64,000 nucleotides of DNA from Tubiluchus corallicola (taxonomy: Eukaryota > Animalia > Priapulida), in assembly GCA_030141605.1 (NCBI GenBank), contig JAQGDQ010000125.1:248001-312000 (forward strand), in the 5' to 3' direction. Below, one piece after another: positions 23,670 through 35,517 of this stretch (position 1 is the first letter of the stretch; each line of letters begins with the position of its first letter). The translations under genes were made by a program, and so were the position numbers. The notes beneath the pieces were generated by a model, which did no database searches, was not told where the DNA came from, and worked only from the letters and a program-made list of their open reading frames with translations.

Positions 23670-24851
23670 GTTGATATGAAGTTTTTGTGTGCGTTCAAGC
23701 GCCAGGCACAAATCACGTTTGCACAAGCCTTTAGATTTTTCTCTTTCTTTCAGTTCGACTTTCAGCTATGAACCATCTATATTTATACGTTTATTTAGTA
23801 CTATACTCTTCTGGTGTGCAATAACAAAAACATCAACGTCAAATAACAAGTCATTATTTCTTAATGTTTCTTAATACATCAATGAATAAATTAACGAAAA
23901 AGTAAATGAGTGAATGAATGGGTTAATTCAAGTTTTTCAAGTTTAAATCAATTTTAGATTAAAACAAGAATGCTTGCACCTTAAAATTTTAAAGTGATTC
24001 TTTTAGTACTTTTATTTCCTAGCGCATCCAAACTTTTCATGACCATTATTTTATTAATCTCTGACCCCAACAAGACTGGCTCATGTAATCCGAGCCTTAC
24101 CCCACAAATGAATCGGCTTAGCTGGGTGGGTTATAATTTTCACTCCACTCATTCTATGTTTACAGGATCATGAGAAATGTATATGCACCTGTCTGTCAAT
24201 TTGCTACAATTTTTAACAAATAGACTAACAGCAGCTGAACTCATTCTTTTAACAAAATCTGTTCTCTTGGGTTAGTCTGCCGCTGACCAGTCTGCAAATG
24301 GTCAAAAGTCATTTGTTCTTACCTTTTGCTTCTATGAGATTAAGAAAAATATCTGTTTCTCTGGATATGCAGCAGCAGATGAGTATCGTCAATATTATAC
24401 CCACGGCGATAAAAGACACATGCCGGCATAAGAACAGTTTTAAATGGTGCGGCTTCGTAAGCATCAATGTTCACACAACTGCGTTGTGAGATATAATTAC
24501 TGAATTATATAATGTGAATTAGAGAATTGGTAGTTATGGTAACACTTTTTTATTGCAAGCAAATATTGTAAAACCACTAGGGTTTAGGCCATCGTTTTAT
24601 GACACGAAAGCGTCCACTCAACTCAACTGCTGAGCGAAGAATACCTGAGTGCGCCTAAAAAATATCATCTACTTGGCCTCAATCACATGATAACAGTAAT
24701 GAATAAACGGTTGACATTGAACCTGCAGGTACAATCTGACTCAGAAACAATTTGGCTTCTTGTACTATATCACCAAACAGTTGAAACTTAAAATGATTAA
24801 TGCTAACATTCTAGTTGTTTAACAACTAGTTTCATAACCTTTCATAATTTT

Positions 24852-24903
24852 TCTATCTATCTGTCTATCTATCTATGTATCTATCTATCTATCTGTCTGT
24901 ATG

Positions 24904-24952
<49 letters not shown>
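24852..24952. repeat. (TCTA)n/(TA)n microsatellite
   Basis: Direct inspection. Confidence 0.9.
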
Positions 24953-25635
24953 CTGAAGTCTTCTCCAATGGTCAAAACGCACTCGAACGTTTAAAATATT
25001 TCTACCATTACAAATCATCCCGCTGCAGCTGTGCAGTGAAATTAACAGGTTCAAGTGTGTGTCGGCCATAGACACCTGTTTCGTCGGTGACGTAAACTCT
25101 TGCAGCTTATGATTACCTGTTTTTAAATCGACGTAAAATAAATGTTTATCTTATCTTATCTTCTGTTCTTTTCTACTAATCATTGGGAAACAAATTTAAG
25201 CCTATAATATTTTGTAATGGACCAAAGTTGAAAGTGCGTATATAATAAGTGATGTAAATATGCACTGTTTGTAGGCTTGTATACACAACGCTTTTTATCA
25301 TTTTTTGTTTTCCATTTCAGGTAACTACAAGATTTGCTGTTTTAGTTACTGTATTTCTGCAAAAACAACAATGAAAGGTTTAAATAACTGTTGAATGTTT
25401 GAGCTACTAATAATCTGTTTTAATTAATTAATCATGTTATTAATGAAGAAATTCATAAGCCAAATGTATTCAGTGCTATGGCCCTGAGTATGATCATGTG
25501 ATTCTCACACTGTCCTTATAGTGAACAATGCGGTCACAATTTCTTGTAGAGCTTCCAAGAGAAGGGAGGGTTGTTAGGGCAGAGACCATTTTGGACCTCG
25601 CCCCTTTGAAGATCCTGTTCAAAGAAAGGTTTTTG

Positions 25636-25712
25636 CACACACACACACACACACACACACGCACGCACGCACGCACGCACGCACACGCACACACACGCAC
25701 GCACGCACACAC
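25636..25712. repeat. (CA)n/(CACG)n microsatellite
   Basis: Direct inspection. Confidence 0.9.
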
Positions 25713-25844
25713 AGTCACAAATTGTGTCAATTGTTGTTTATTATTGACACCTAGATGTAAATGCTGAAATTTTTATTTTTGCTGCAGTTTCGTTACTTGT
25801 AAAGCATTACAATTAGCCCTACAGTTACAGTTACAGTGTACTTT

Positions 25845-26435
25845 GACAGTATGATTTTTGATATACTACCCTATTCTCAAGTCCGATCAAAAGCATACAT
25901 TTTAACAGCAAAAGCGTTTCTGATAATTAAATAATAGATTAAAAACTTAATTAACGGCGGGCGAACCCAACTATTGATGACACCACAAACTAACATAATT
26001 TTCAAAATCACAAATATTACACAAGCGTGTTGGACGTGCTTGTCAAAGCGAAAATTAAAGTACTATGGCTTATTCAGTGTGTTGTGCTAAAACTAGGCAT
26101 GTCTTAAGATAAAAATTCAGATTTCAAATTTACCGTTGTGCTCACGCATGAGCTGTCCAACGTGTGTAGTTCGTCACAAACCAACACATCTGAGCTGAGA
26201 GACACAGCACCTATTTTTGTTTGCGTATCCGAAATGCAGGCGCTAATGTCCGACTAACTAGCAAATGGCGAAATGCATGTAACAGAGAACTAGTGGCGCG
26301 AACGCGAAATTGTGTTTTTGTGGTAATAATTACTGTATTTCGCGTAAGTCATTTTTGAAAAAATAGCATGTTTCATTTCAATATTTAAAGAGTAGATTGT
26401 TTTGACCTATAGTTTAAATTGGGTCCGGTTTTGCT
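25845..26435. mobile_element. Kolobok-type MITE, family 2, copy B (5' TIR eroded)
   Basis: Colinear diverged copy of 22281-22876, ending GGGTCCGGTTTTGCT|TTAA. Confidence 0.8.
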
Positions 26436-27082
26436 TTAACATCGTTTGGATAGCAAAAAAATATTAGTCTGTAAAAATTGTTTTTCGACAAGTCGTAATT
26501 AAATTTATTTTAAATTTAGGATTTTAAATTTCATAATGTTTAATGAATAATAAAATAATAAAAAATGAAAACACAAAGACTTTCTGAACGATACACATTT
26601 GTGAATATCTTCGGGTTGACATTTGCCTAATCAATTATGCCGTTTTGCAAGATTTTTTTAAGTTCTCTTATGGCAGGACAAGACCCTAGCTCATTATCGC
26701 TGAGATGAAATACTGAACTGGCAGAGGTGTCACAGTCACATCCAGTTGCATGTACATTTTCTCTAAACACAAGAAATAAACGAAATAAAACGAAACGAAT
26801 CACAGTAAAAATAACTGCCCATGAGTGATATTCCCAATTATGCAGTCTCCCAACCTGTCAGTTGCCAGGCTTTGCGTTGCTTAGCTTTGGTAGCTAATCG
26901 CACGCCATGACCACTCACTATTGCGTATGTGCAAAGATCAACCTACCGTCAATGTACCACCAACCTACCTACCAACCAAGATCAGTCATTAGGTGATTCA
27001 CTACCTAATCGTTCTACATAATTCCAAAGTTGATTTGCAACGTCAGAATGACTATCACTGATGAGCGTTTGTGTATAATGGC

Positions 27083-27474
27083 TAGGGGTCAGCATTCTCT
27101 ACCAGAAAGCGAATTCGAATCGAATCGAATCGAATTTGTGACTTTCGAATCGACCCCAATTTCAATATTTCGAATCCGAATCGAATTCGAATTGAGTTTG
27201 AAAGATTTTCAAACCACTAGCAAAAAGTGGTCTTACAAAGATCATGCACATTACTCGATTTTGTTGTGCAGTAAAACTGCTATTAGTTTGTTAAAAGTTT
27301 TGCACAGAAACTGCAGCTAAATTGTGCTAATTGCATACTGTTTCAAACATTTAATGATAAAGAACTTGTGTGGCTGGAGTGCTGAATTATTCGAATCTAT
27401 AATTTCAGGTTCGAATCGAATTCGAACTTAAAAACTCGTTCGAATCGAATTCGAACGTTCGATGCTCGCACTTA
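27083..27474. mobile_element. hAT-family MITE rich in CGAAT/TTCGAA subrepeats
   Basis: TIRs TAGGGGTCAGCAT...ATGCTCGCACTTA. Perfect 8-bp TSD ATAATGGC. Confidence 0.8.
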
Positions 27475-29029
27475 ATAATGGCCTGGTTTTCAGATCGTTG
27501 CAAAGAGTTCTAATTCTACCGGCAAATCATTAATTTAGTTATTGTTGTTTTTAAAAATATCTTTTAGAAAATAACAATGTGTTCAAAGCGTCCACCCTTG
27601 GCATTCCAAAGATGCATCCAGGGTGACCTCTTTGTGCACAGTCAATTATCCCACTATTTATAAGTATATCATCATCGATTGTCAATCTAACTTAGTTTTG
27701 ATATTTCACGTTTTATTTAGGCCGCGAAAATAGCAATATAACCAAATAAGAATAATGCAATCTCATTGATGTTTACTTGTCGCTTGTCGTTAATATTATA
27801 CATATACGCATACATATATATTAAAAAGGATTTATTGCTTTTTTGTGAATTTTATTTTCTATGAAATGACGCTTCTGGGAAATAAATTTCTAGCAAAAAA
27901 ACTTTTCTGGGCAACGAGTCTAACGAGTCTGCCGCTTCAGTTCTGCCTGTACTCACTTTGCTCATACAGAGCCATCTATTAGCAAGAATAGAATAGAGGG
28001 AGAATACTTTATTCAGTGAATTCCTGTTATCAAGGTGGCACCAAAAATTTTCAGCTAACGTTTGTCGTCGATTATAGTCACTTTATATTATGAGCTTATG
28101 TGATCAAGCTAGTCACTAAATTATTTTTAATGTTGTGCTGTTTTTAACAATCAGTATAAGCCAATTAAAGCCAAATATTGAGACTAAGAACTTACATTTA
28201 TAATGTACTCAGAACGTACAAATTTAAACCTCGCATTTCATTTGTGTATGTTTTTAAAGAAGATGTTTTGTGCATTGAATATTGTGTATACATGCCGGTG
28301 TGTGTAATTTCTTTTCACGTAAATATTTTGAGATAAAGGGTGTTACATAACAAGCCATGTAAATTCTCTTTAAAAGGATACAAAATTATAGCTGCTATAA
28401 TAAGTCAGAGATAAAATATCACTATAAGACAATTCTTTTCTGCCAATAGACGTCCCCGCATATGCAAAAATCCTAAGTTAAGGAAATGTACAGAGCTAAT
28501 TAAAGCATTAGGCTGGGCCTTTTAGTAAAAAATAGTGATGACCTTAAGCAAATTACAACAGAAACTTTCTCACTGGGCTTGTTTTGTACATACCCCTAGG
28601 CAGCTCATATCCAAGTCAGCCCAGATCAAATGTCTTAGATGAAGTAATTTCAAAATGACTGCCAATGTGCTTTCTCTTGTCCGAAAAGAGAATACAAATC
28701 TGTCAATTTACTATTAATCGGGGTGTTTGTCAAGCAAAAACTCTGCCAAGCTTTTTCCCACAATTACATACATCTTCAGTTATTGCAAAGCCAACTTCAA
28801 TCATTCTTGAATTCATTTTTTCCTCTCTGGCTTTTTATTTGTGGAATTCACTACAAGAAAATTGCTTCTCTGCCAACTAAATCGCATTTTGTTTAATGTA
28901 TAATTTTGAGCACCTTTTTACAGCACTGGTATAGTCACCCTGTCCGAGGCTAAGGCTTTTAATTTGATTGCGGTACATTCATTTTTTCAGATGATCATGG
29001 CTTTCCCGTTTCTCTTTGATGAGGAATAA

Positions 29030-29163
29030 ACGAAACCTGAATAAAATAGAAAAGGCAGAGCTGGCGGAGTGGTGCGCCAAGCCTAATTTGCAGCATGTGT
29101 ACGGTATTGCAGTTAGTAGACATAGAGGAGAAAAGAATTACGCGCGTGTTGAGCGCGTGAACG
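29030..29163 (+). promoter_or_regulatory. Putative promoter / non-coding first exon of the SLC20 gene
   Basis: Local CpG enrichment (GGCGGAGTGGTGCGCC, CGCGCGTG) ending at donor ACG|GTAAGT (29164). A matching acceptor TTTTCTTACAG| lies at 30701. TSS position is approximate. Confidence 0.5.
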
Positions 29164-30763
29164 GTAAGTTAGTACTCGTGTGTAATCAACGTTATGCTGG
29201 GCTCGACTGAAACTGTTTGTTTTTTCATTCGATACTTAAATCAGCGATAAGTTTCAAGATGTGATGTTTTTTAGTCGTTTATACTTTTAGCGTGTGAGTG
29301 TTAAAACTGCTTTGCCGACGCGCTGACTGCAATCTCCTTAGCACGCTTAAAGCACTTACCGGTACGCGTTACTTAGGCGGTAGCTCATAAATTAGTAGTT
29401 GCCGATGTAGATCTAGTAGGCCAAGTTTTAAATTACGAGTACACAGATAAAACAGTTTTTAACCAATTTAGCCAGACTGCAGTTTGGTAATCAGCACTCA
29501 ACTGCAGTGCTTACTACCAGTACCAATGTTGAATGAATGTTTATGGCGGTGAAAAAGTCTACTTAACTTTCAATAATAATCCGAACTGCAGTAAGTCTTT
29601 GCTTAACTATGCTAATGCAAAACGTCATTAAACAAACACCAGACTTCCATAGAAAGTAATGTAAAAGAAATGAAATACGGTCCAGAAGCAAAAATCAATG
29701 CTGCTTAAATCATAAATTAAAGATAGTATGAGTTTTATTCGAAACCACCTATATAATCTTTCTTACCAACAACTAGGTATAGCAGTTTCCTTTTTTTTAA
29801 TGTTTAAGCCTGAAGAGCAGCGGTTAAACAATAAACACTGCAAAGTCAAAGCCAAGTCCTGGGGCGACCTTCGGAATTTTATCTAGATACAGCATACTTA
29901 GTCTGGTTGCCATAACAGCAAGTTGCAGACAAAATTCCTTGGCATGAATGAAAAGTGTGTTCCCATGTCTTGCATTATGTATTTCAAGTACATAGTCAAT
30001 CTGGAAGCAAAAGTGTATAGTAATTGCACTATTTAGTTTTTACGTTACAAGTGCATTTTTACAATAGAATAATGCAATTTGTACTGTTTTAATGCATCAA
30101 ATTAGGTTAAAAATATTTTTGATAGAATAAAAACTGGCTGTGAACAACGTAAAAATTGAAACATGCATCATTAAGTGAAAAAAGGTGTCAAACATTTAGC
30201 GTCGTTAAAACAAAACGTTTTTATGGGGGATATATTTATTTAAGGGAGTTCTTGTATGACAAGCTGTACCCTTCTTTCGTATTTCATAAATTTTTATTGT
30301 TGAAAATATTGTTGTGTAATTGTAAACATAGACCGTATTTATCCAGCTATTCCTTTTGTCGTGAGATTATAATGAAGTCTCATTTCATAAATGCGACCAT
30401 TTGTCACCGACACTGTGTGCAAAGTCTATGCTGTTCTTGTCTGATATTTATTTTCACATCTTGGTATACTTGCCAAAGACAGCACTGTAGGAACATCAAA
30501 ATTTCTGTTTGCTATTTTTTACAGATAGGGCCACTCTTTTTTGCTATTTCTATCTCATAACTAATATTTATGTAAATTGAAAATTTAATCACAAACACAT
30601 AGCTCTGACTTAATGAATTTTAGTAAAAAGACCTGTATTTTGTTGATATTATAATATTAAGGAATCAACTTGCGACTAATAAAAATTTATTTTTCTTACA
30701 GGTCGTCTTGATCATCCGCTGGTTATACTTGTGCTTAGTAGTGTGCTAGCATCGTGCAGACTA

Positions 30764-31175
30764 ATGTTTAGCCAAATGGCTGCCAAGACTTTTAAGAAAA
30801 GTAAACATTTTGCTTGCATTCTCAGGTAGTGAAGGTAGTAGGAAGATTCGGTCTTCCTGCTTGTAAGATTCATTAGCTGTGATAAAGCTTACGCTGATTT
30901 AACTGGTGCTCAAGTTTTTGAAGGTCAACCAAATTGGAGGAGTTCACAACAGTGTATCTGCTTCCATAGGAACAAACAGAGTTTGTTTGTTATTCTACGT
31001 TATCTCATCAGATCTGTAAATATCAAAATATGGGAGCTTGTCAAAAAAGAAGATGAATTCAATTGGCGGCTTTGTGACAAGTGTTACTGTGACAATAACT
31101 AACATTCTTCATCTTAGTTTCTGATAATTTGAAATTAAGAACTTACTATTAGTTTAACAAATGGCAAGTTACTGA
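30764..31175 (+). promoter_or_regulatory. Four upstream ORFs in the SLC20 5' UTR
   Basis: 30764-30829 (MFSQMAAKTFKKSKHFACILR*), 31030-31056 (MGACQKRR*), 31053-31124 (MNSIGGFVTSVTVTITNILHLSF*), 31161-31175 (MASY*). This assumes exon 2 starts at 30702. Confidence 0.5.
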
Positions 31176-31251
31176 AATTCATTTATCTGGTTCAGTTCAA
31201 GGTTCACTTGAAGGGATTTGACTGTGCCTGTTATACTGACTTAATATCAAC

Positions 31252-34200
31252 ATGGCAGTGCTGCCTGATCCTGATGTACTGTGGATCGTTATTGTCGCAT
31301 TTATTATAGCATTTGTTCTTGCTTTTGGGATTGGTGCCAATGATGTAGCAAACTCGTTTGGGACATCTGTTGGTTCAAAAGTCTTAACGTTACGACAAGC
31401 TTGTATTCTGGCTAGTATTTTTGAAGTACTAGGAGCAGTCCTTATAGGTAAGCATGAGTTACCGTAGTTTTTGCAACATTTGATACAAAGTACACAAATG
31501 TTAGGTTAATGTTTTGTCAAAATTTTTTAATAGATGATAAAAAATTTTGTTTAGATAATAATAAGAAAATTAGCAAGTGTTAAACCTATTACACAGATCT
31601 TTATAGTTTCCCTACAGCATTAGAATAAGTACAGATTTTGTGTGTCTTTTAAAACAAATATGCTGTTTTGCTGTAATGCTAGTATCCATTTAACTAAACA
31701 ATATTCAAAAACGTCTTTAAGGAAAAATATATTTTCACTATGTTCTTTTAACATGCTATTCATGCACAGGATTTTCGCAAGCTTTTGTCGCACATGAACA
31801 AGTCAAAATTTAAGATGTTTTTTTTTTAATTTGGCATTAATGTTGAGGATATGCATAGATAATAGGTTTCAAATATCACCTAAAGTGTGCATGAACATAT
31901 GTTCAAGATTATAGAACATGTTTTTTATATTTTTGTCTTGTCTGACTGTTGTTTTAAATCATGCCTTTGGAACCAAGAAATCTCCAGGTTTTGTGCAGTG
32001 TACATTGTGATATTAAATTGTAACTTTTGCTTTTCAGGATACAGAGTGTCTGATACAATACGAAAAGGTATAGTAGATGTAGCAATTTTTAATGGTACCG
32101 AAGAAGAGCTAATGGTGGGAGAATTGGCTGCACTGGGAGGTAATTTTTTTTGTAATTTTCTTATCAGCACTTCCCACAGGCCTTCAGCTTTTGTTCACCT
32201 TTTGTGGTATAATATTATTTATTTAAATAACATTAATTAGATTTAGATTAATGTAGATCACACAGAAGAGCTGTGTAATATTGTCGATTGTATAAGTTTA
32301 AGTGAATCACCTCATATTTTACGTGTACATCTTACTAATCGTGTAGTGAAGAGATTCAAATTGGCAGAGGTATTTTTGTTGACGTTCTGATGCGTGTAAT
32401 TGTATATAATCATCTCTGATTTAGAGCAATAACCAGAGACATGGCAGTTTGTCTGATCAAACTCTCCAGAAGCAGTTTCGTGGCAGCTACCTATCAATTT
32501 ACTGACCAGTCCTGGCTCTGCTGAATGTCAAACACATATTGTGCCCACTTAACTTTCTACTTGTTCCAATAGTATACAGCTGCTAGCAGGGTGCTATGCT
32601 ATGTATTATTGTGTTTATAGCAAATATTTATGAGTGTTGAGACCTGTTGAAGTGTTTTCCTTGACCTGTATATTGGATAAAGTTTTGGGATATCTGTGTA
32701 TTGGATGAACTGTTAGGACATTACTTATAGTCCTTGCTAATTAGGGGGTCCGATTTGTAAATGAGAATTTTGTTTTATAGCTTTTAAGAATTTATACTGA
32801 GTTTAATACCAACCATAAGTTGCTCTGATACGCATTTTTGAAAACAGGTTTCCACATCCTTGAATGTTTGCGTACACAATACATTTATTATAAACAGAAT
32901 ATAAAATGCAATATGTCATAACCTGTTTCCAATTTGACATGACAGTATCTCTGTCTTTTGCTTGAAATCATAATCAGAAAGAACGAAACTTGCCGGTTTT
33001 CAAGTTCTTTCTCTTCCTTCGTGGTTTGCGTAAGTCAACATTTGTCACTGGCTGAAATCCCTAACTATATGCAGTTAGCATATTTTCTGGTTTCTATTGG
33101 CTGGTGAGCTTTTACGGCCGTTGCCTTTTGTAAAGTTCATTTTACTAAACGTAGTGTTCATTTTGTAATAGTATTTTTTCGACCTGTAATTCGAGCTCAT
33201 CAAAGGAATGACAACCCCCCAAACTGACCTTTTATCCCTGTCACTATTGTCATCTTCGATTCGAAGGACGAACATCATCAGTGTTCATTTTACGAAAGCC
33301 TGCAAAGCTCGAGACATTCGAACCTGATTCTGAAACCTCGGATGTGATCCGAGAGTGAACAGGCCTCGCAAACTAGGAAAAGACCTGTTGTACTAAAGAC
33401 TCCCATTTCATACAGTATAATAGCTAAAGCTAAATGAAAAAACCCAATATGTTATTCGGAATAGGTAATTATTAGAGTTGTGCGGATTGCTATGAGATAC
33501 GTGTATTTGTGCTGTAAACATTATTTGTGTTGCACTATGTACAACATCGTAAACCAATAAACTGCTGACAACTATGTAATGTATGTATGCTAGTTCACTG
33601 TTTTCATTGTGTTTCTGCTCCGTCGCGACCTCCATAGTTTGCATAAGGAATGATCCCTTGCTAGAAGAACTAGCATACACCTAGGCAAGGCGAAGGTTGT
33701 TTATCATGCTGTTTTTCCAACATGTCATACCTATGTTGTTACCTCAGGCTGTCAAAATTCGCGCTTCGACGCAGGAAAAGCATCTTGATTAGTCCTTATC
33801 TAGCCGAAACTATTCTTGATTAATGTTCACGTATTGATGATATACTGTTTATTTGATCATTTAGTTTGCTTGTATTAATCATCACCAAGTCTTTTAGATG
33901 TATTTCTGATGTATACGTAGTCGTTAACGTTGTCTGTTAATTAATTTACAAAACAACTTTCAGTAGTTCATTTAATATTTGTGCTAGCAATATGCAAATT
34001 GTGTGGTTAATGAACGCCAAGTATTGATTACTTATTTTATTGTGAACGTAGGCTAAAGAGTAACTTGAAGCTTCCGAGTTTAGAGATTAGGATTTTTATA
34101 TTACATTAACTGAACATTGTTTGATGATTTGCCAGATTATCTGTTTGCTAGTTTATCGTTTTTATATTTAGTTAAATAGACACTATAATAAATACTTATT

Positions 34201-35361
34201 ACTTATACTATTCGACTGTTAGTTTAACTTATTTACAGGCTACTGCGGCTAGTATTTAGTAACTACCAGTGAGTCTACCATAACCATTTAAACCTACGAA
34301 TATAAATAGCACGATCCACTGCGCGGGTCTATTCAAAAATAGCTCCCTTCAAATGTACAGTCAAATGTTTCCGTGTGCGTAGATGCTATCCTGTTTTTGA
34401 ATGCTCGGCATACTTTATGTGCTGTATGCAATATTTTAGCTTGCGCAATAGTTGGCACAATTCCCAAATTTTCTCATGCAGGGAACAAGTCAATGGGTCA
34501 TGCCAGTAAAGATGAGGCATTTGTCTGAATGGCTCTATTTCAGTAGTAGATTGCATGAATTTGGTGAGAAAACGCTTACCATCGAATATTAATAACCTAA
34601 AAAATGTAATTGGAAGGCTTTCATCGCAGTAAATACAGTGAAATGTAATTCTGACAAATTTGTGTCATTTGGATGACCCTGGTAATCAGTTAGATAGGTT
34701 CAGTACCCATTGGCTCACAACAGGCGTTAGGAAAACGTGAATTAATATGACCTTGGTTAGTTGACAAAGAACGGTCATTTTCTGTGACGTTTTCAGCCGC
34801 GAAATGCTCTAGAGAATTGTGGGTAGAAACCCAATTGGGATTTTCTGGATAATCGTTATAATGGCGATTATGTAGGACACCATACCAAAGAATTTACGTC
34901 GCTGATAGTTAACCTTATTTGTCCAACCGTTGTAATACGGGTTATATAAAGATGTAATAGGGTTTGGCATATGTGATCTATATGAGTAACTTGAATAAAC
35001 CAAATCACGCATTGCTGAGTGTACTCAATGCTCTCCACACTCTAGCGGTGTGACTGGGCTTCCTTAACTTTCTAATGCGGTTTAGACGATCCGATTTCAT
35101 GCTGTTGGATGCAGTCGGACTGGTGTCGAAGGACATCGGAATATGACGTTTACACGATCCAGTTTTGTCGACCGACAGCTTGTCTTTAACAAGGAATTCA
35201 ATCTTTGAACAATTTTGAGCATTTATGTAATGTTACTTGCTCTGGATTGTATGTAAACTAGTTGTTCTAATTATGTACAAAATAAATAGTATAAAGAAAT
35301 AATTGTTGTGTTCATTATTAAATGCTGTAACCCCCCCCCCCCTCTATTTCTCTCTCTCTCT

Positions 35362-35394
<33 letters not shown>

Positions 35395-35412
35395 ATTTCT
35401 CTCTCTCTCTCT

Positions 35413-35454
<42 letters not shown>

Positions 35455-35463
35455 TCTCCCTCT

Positions 35464-35517
<54 letters not shown>

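Larger units (their letters stand above)
20944..24464 (-). pseudogene. Putative spliced small membrane-protein gene or decaying multi-exon gene
   Basis: Exon 24323-24464 (MLTKPHHLKLFLCRHVSFIAVGIILTILICCCISRETDIFLNLIEAK, donor AAG|GTAAGA). Exon 21620-21658 (GLQVAPVYWQEPG). Exon 21196-21398 (acceptor TTTTTTCCTAG, donor ATG|GTGAGT, internal stops). Exon 20944-21098 (VVIVYLPLK*RLGESDLALY..YVVGVNGLLPGSLLQY). Confidence 0.35.

Noticed and set aside
27108-27462. GAA/TTC-rich clusters upstream of SLC20 as heat-shock elements
   Set aside because: Spacing is TTCGAA/GAATTC/CGAAT rather than nGAAnnTTCn, and they lie inside a TSD-flanked MITE.
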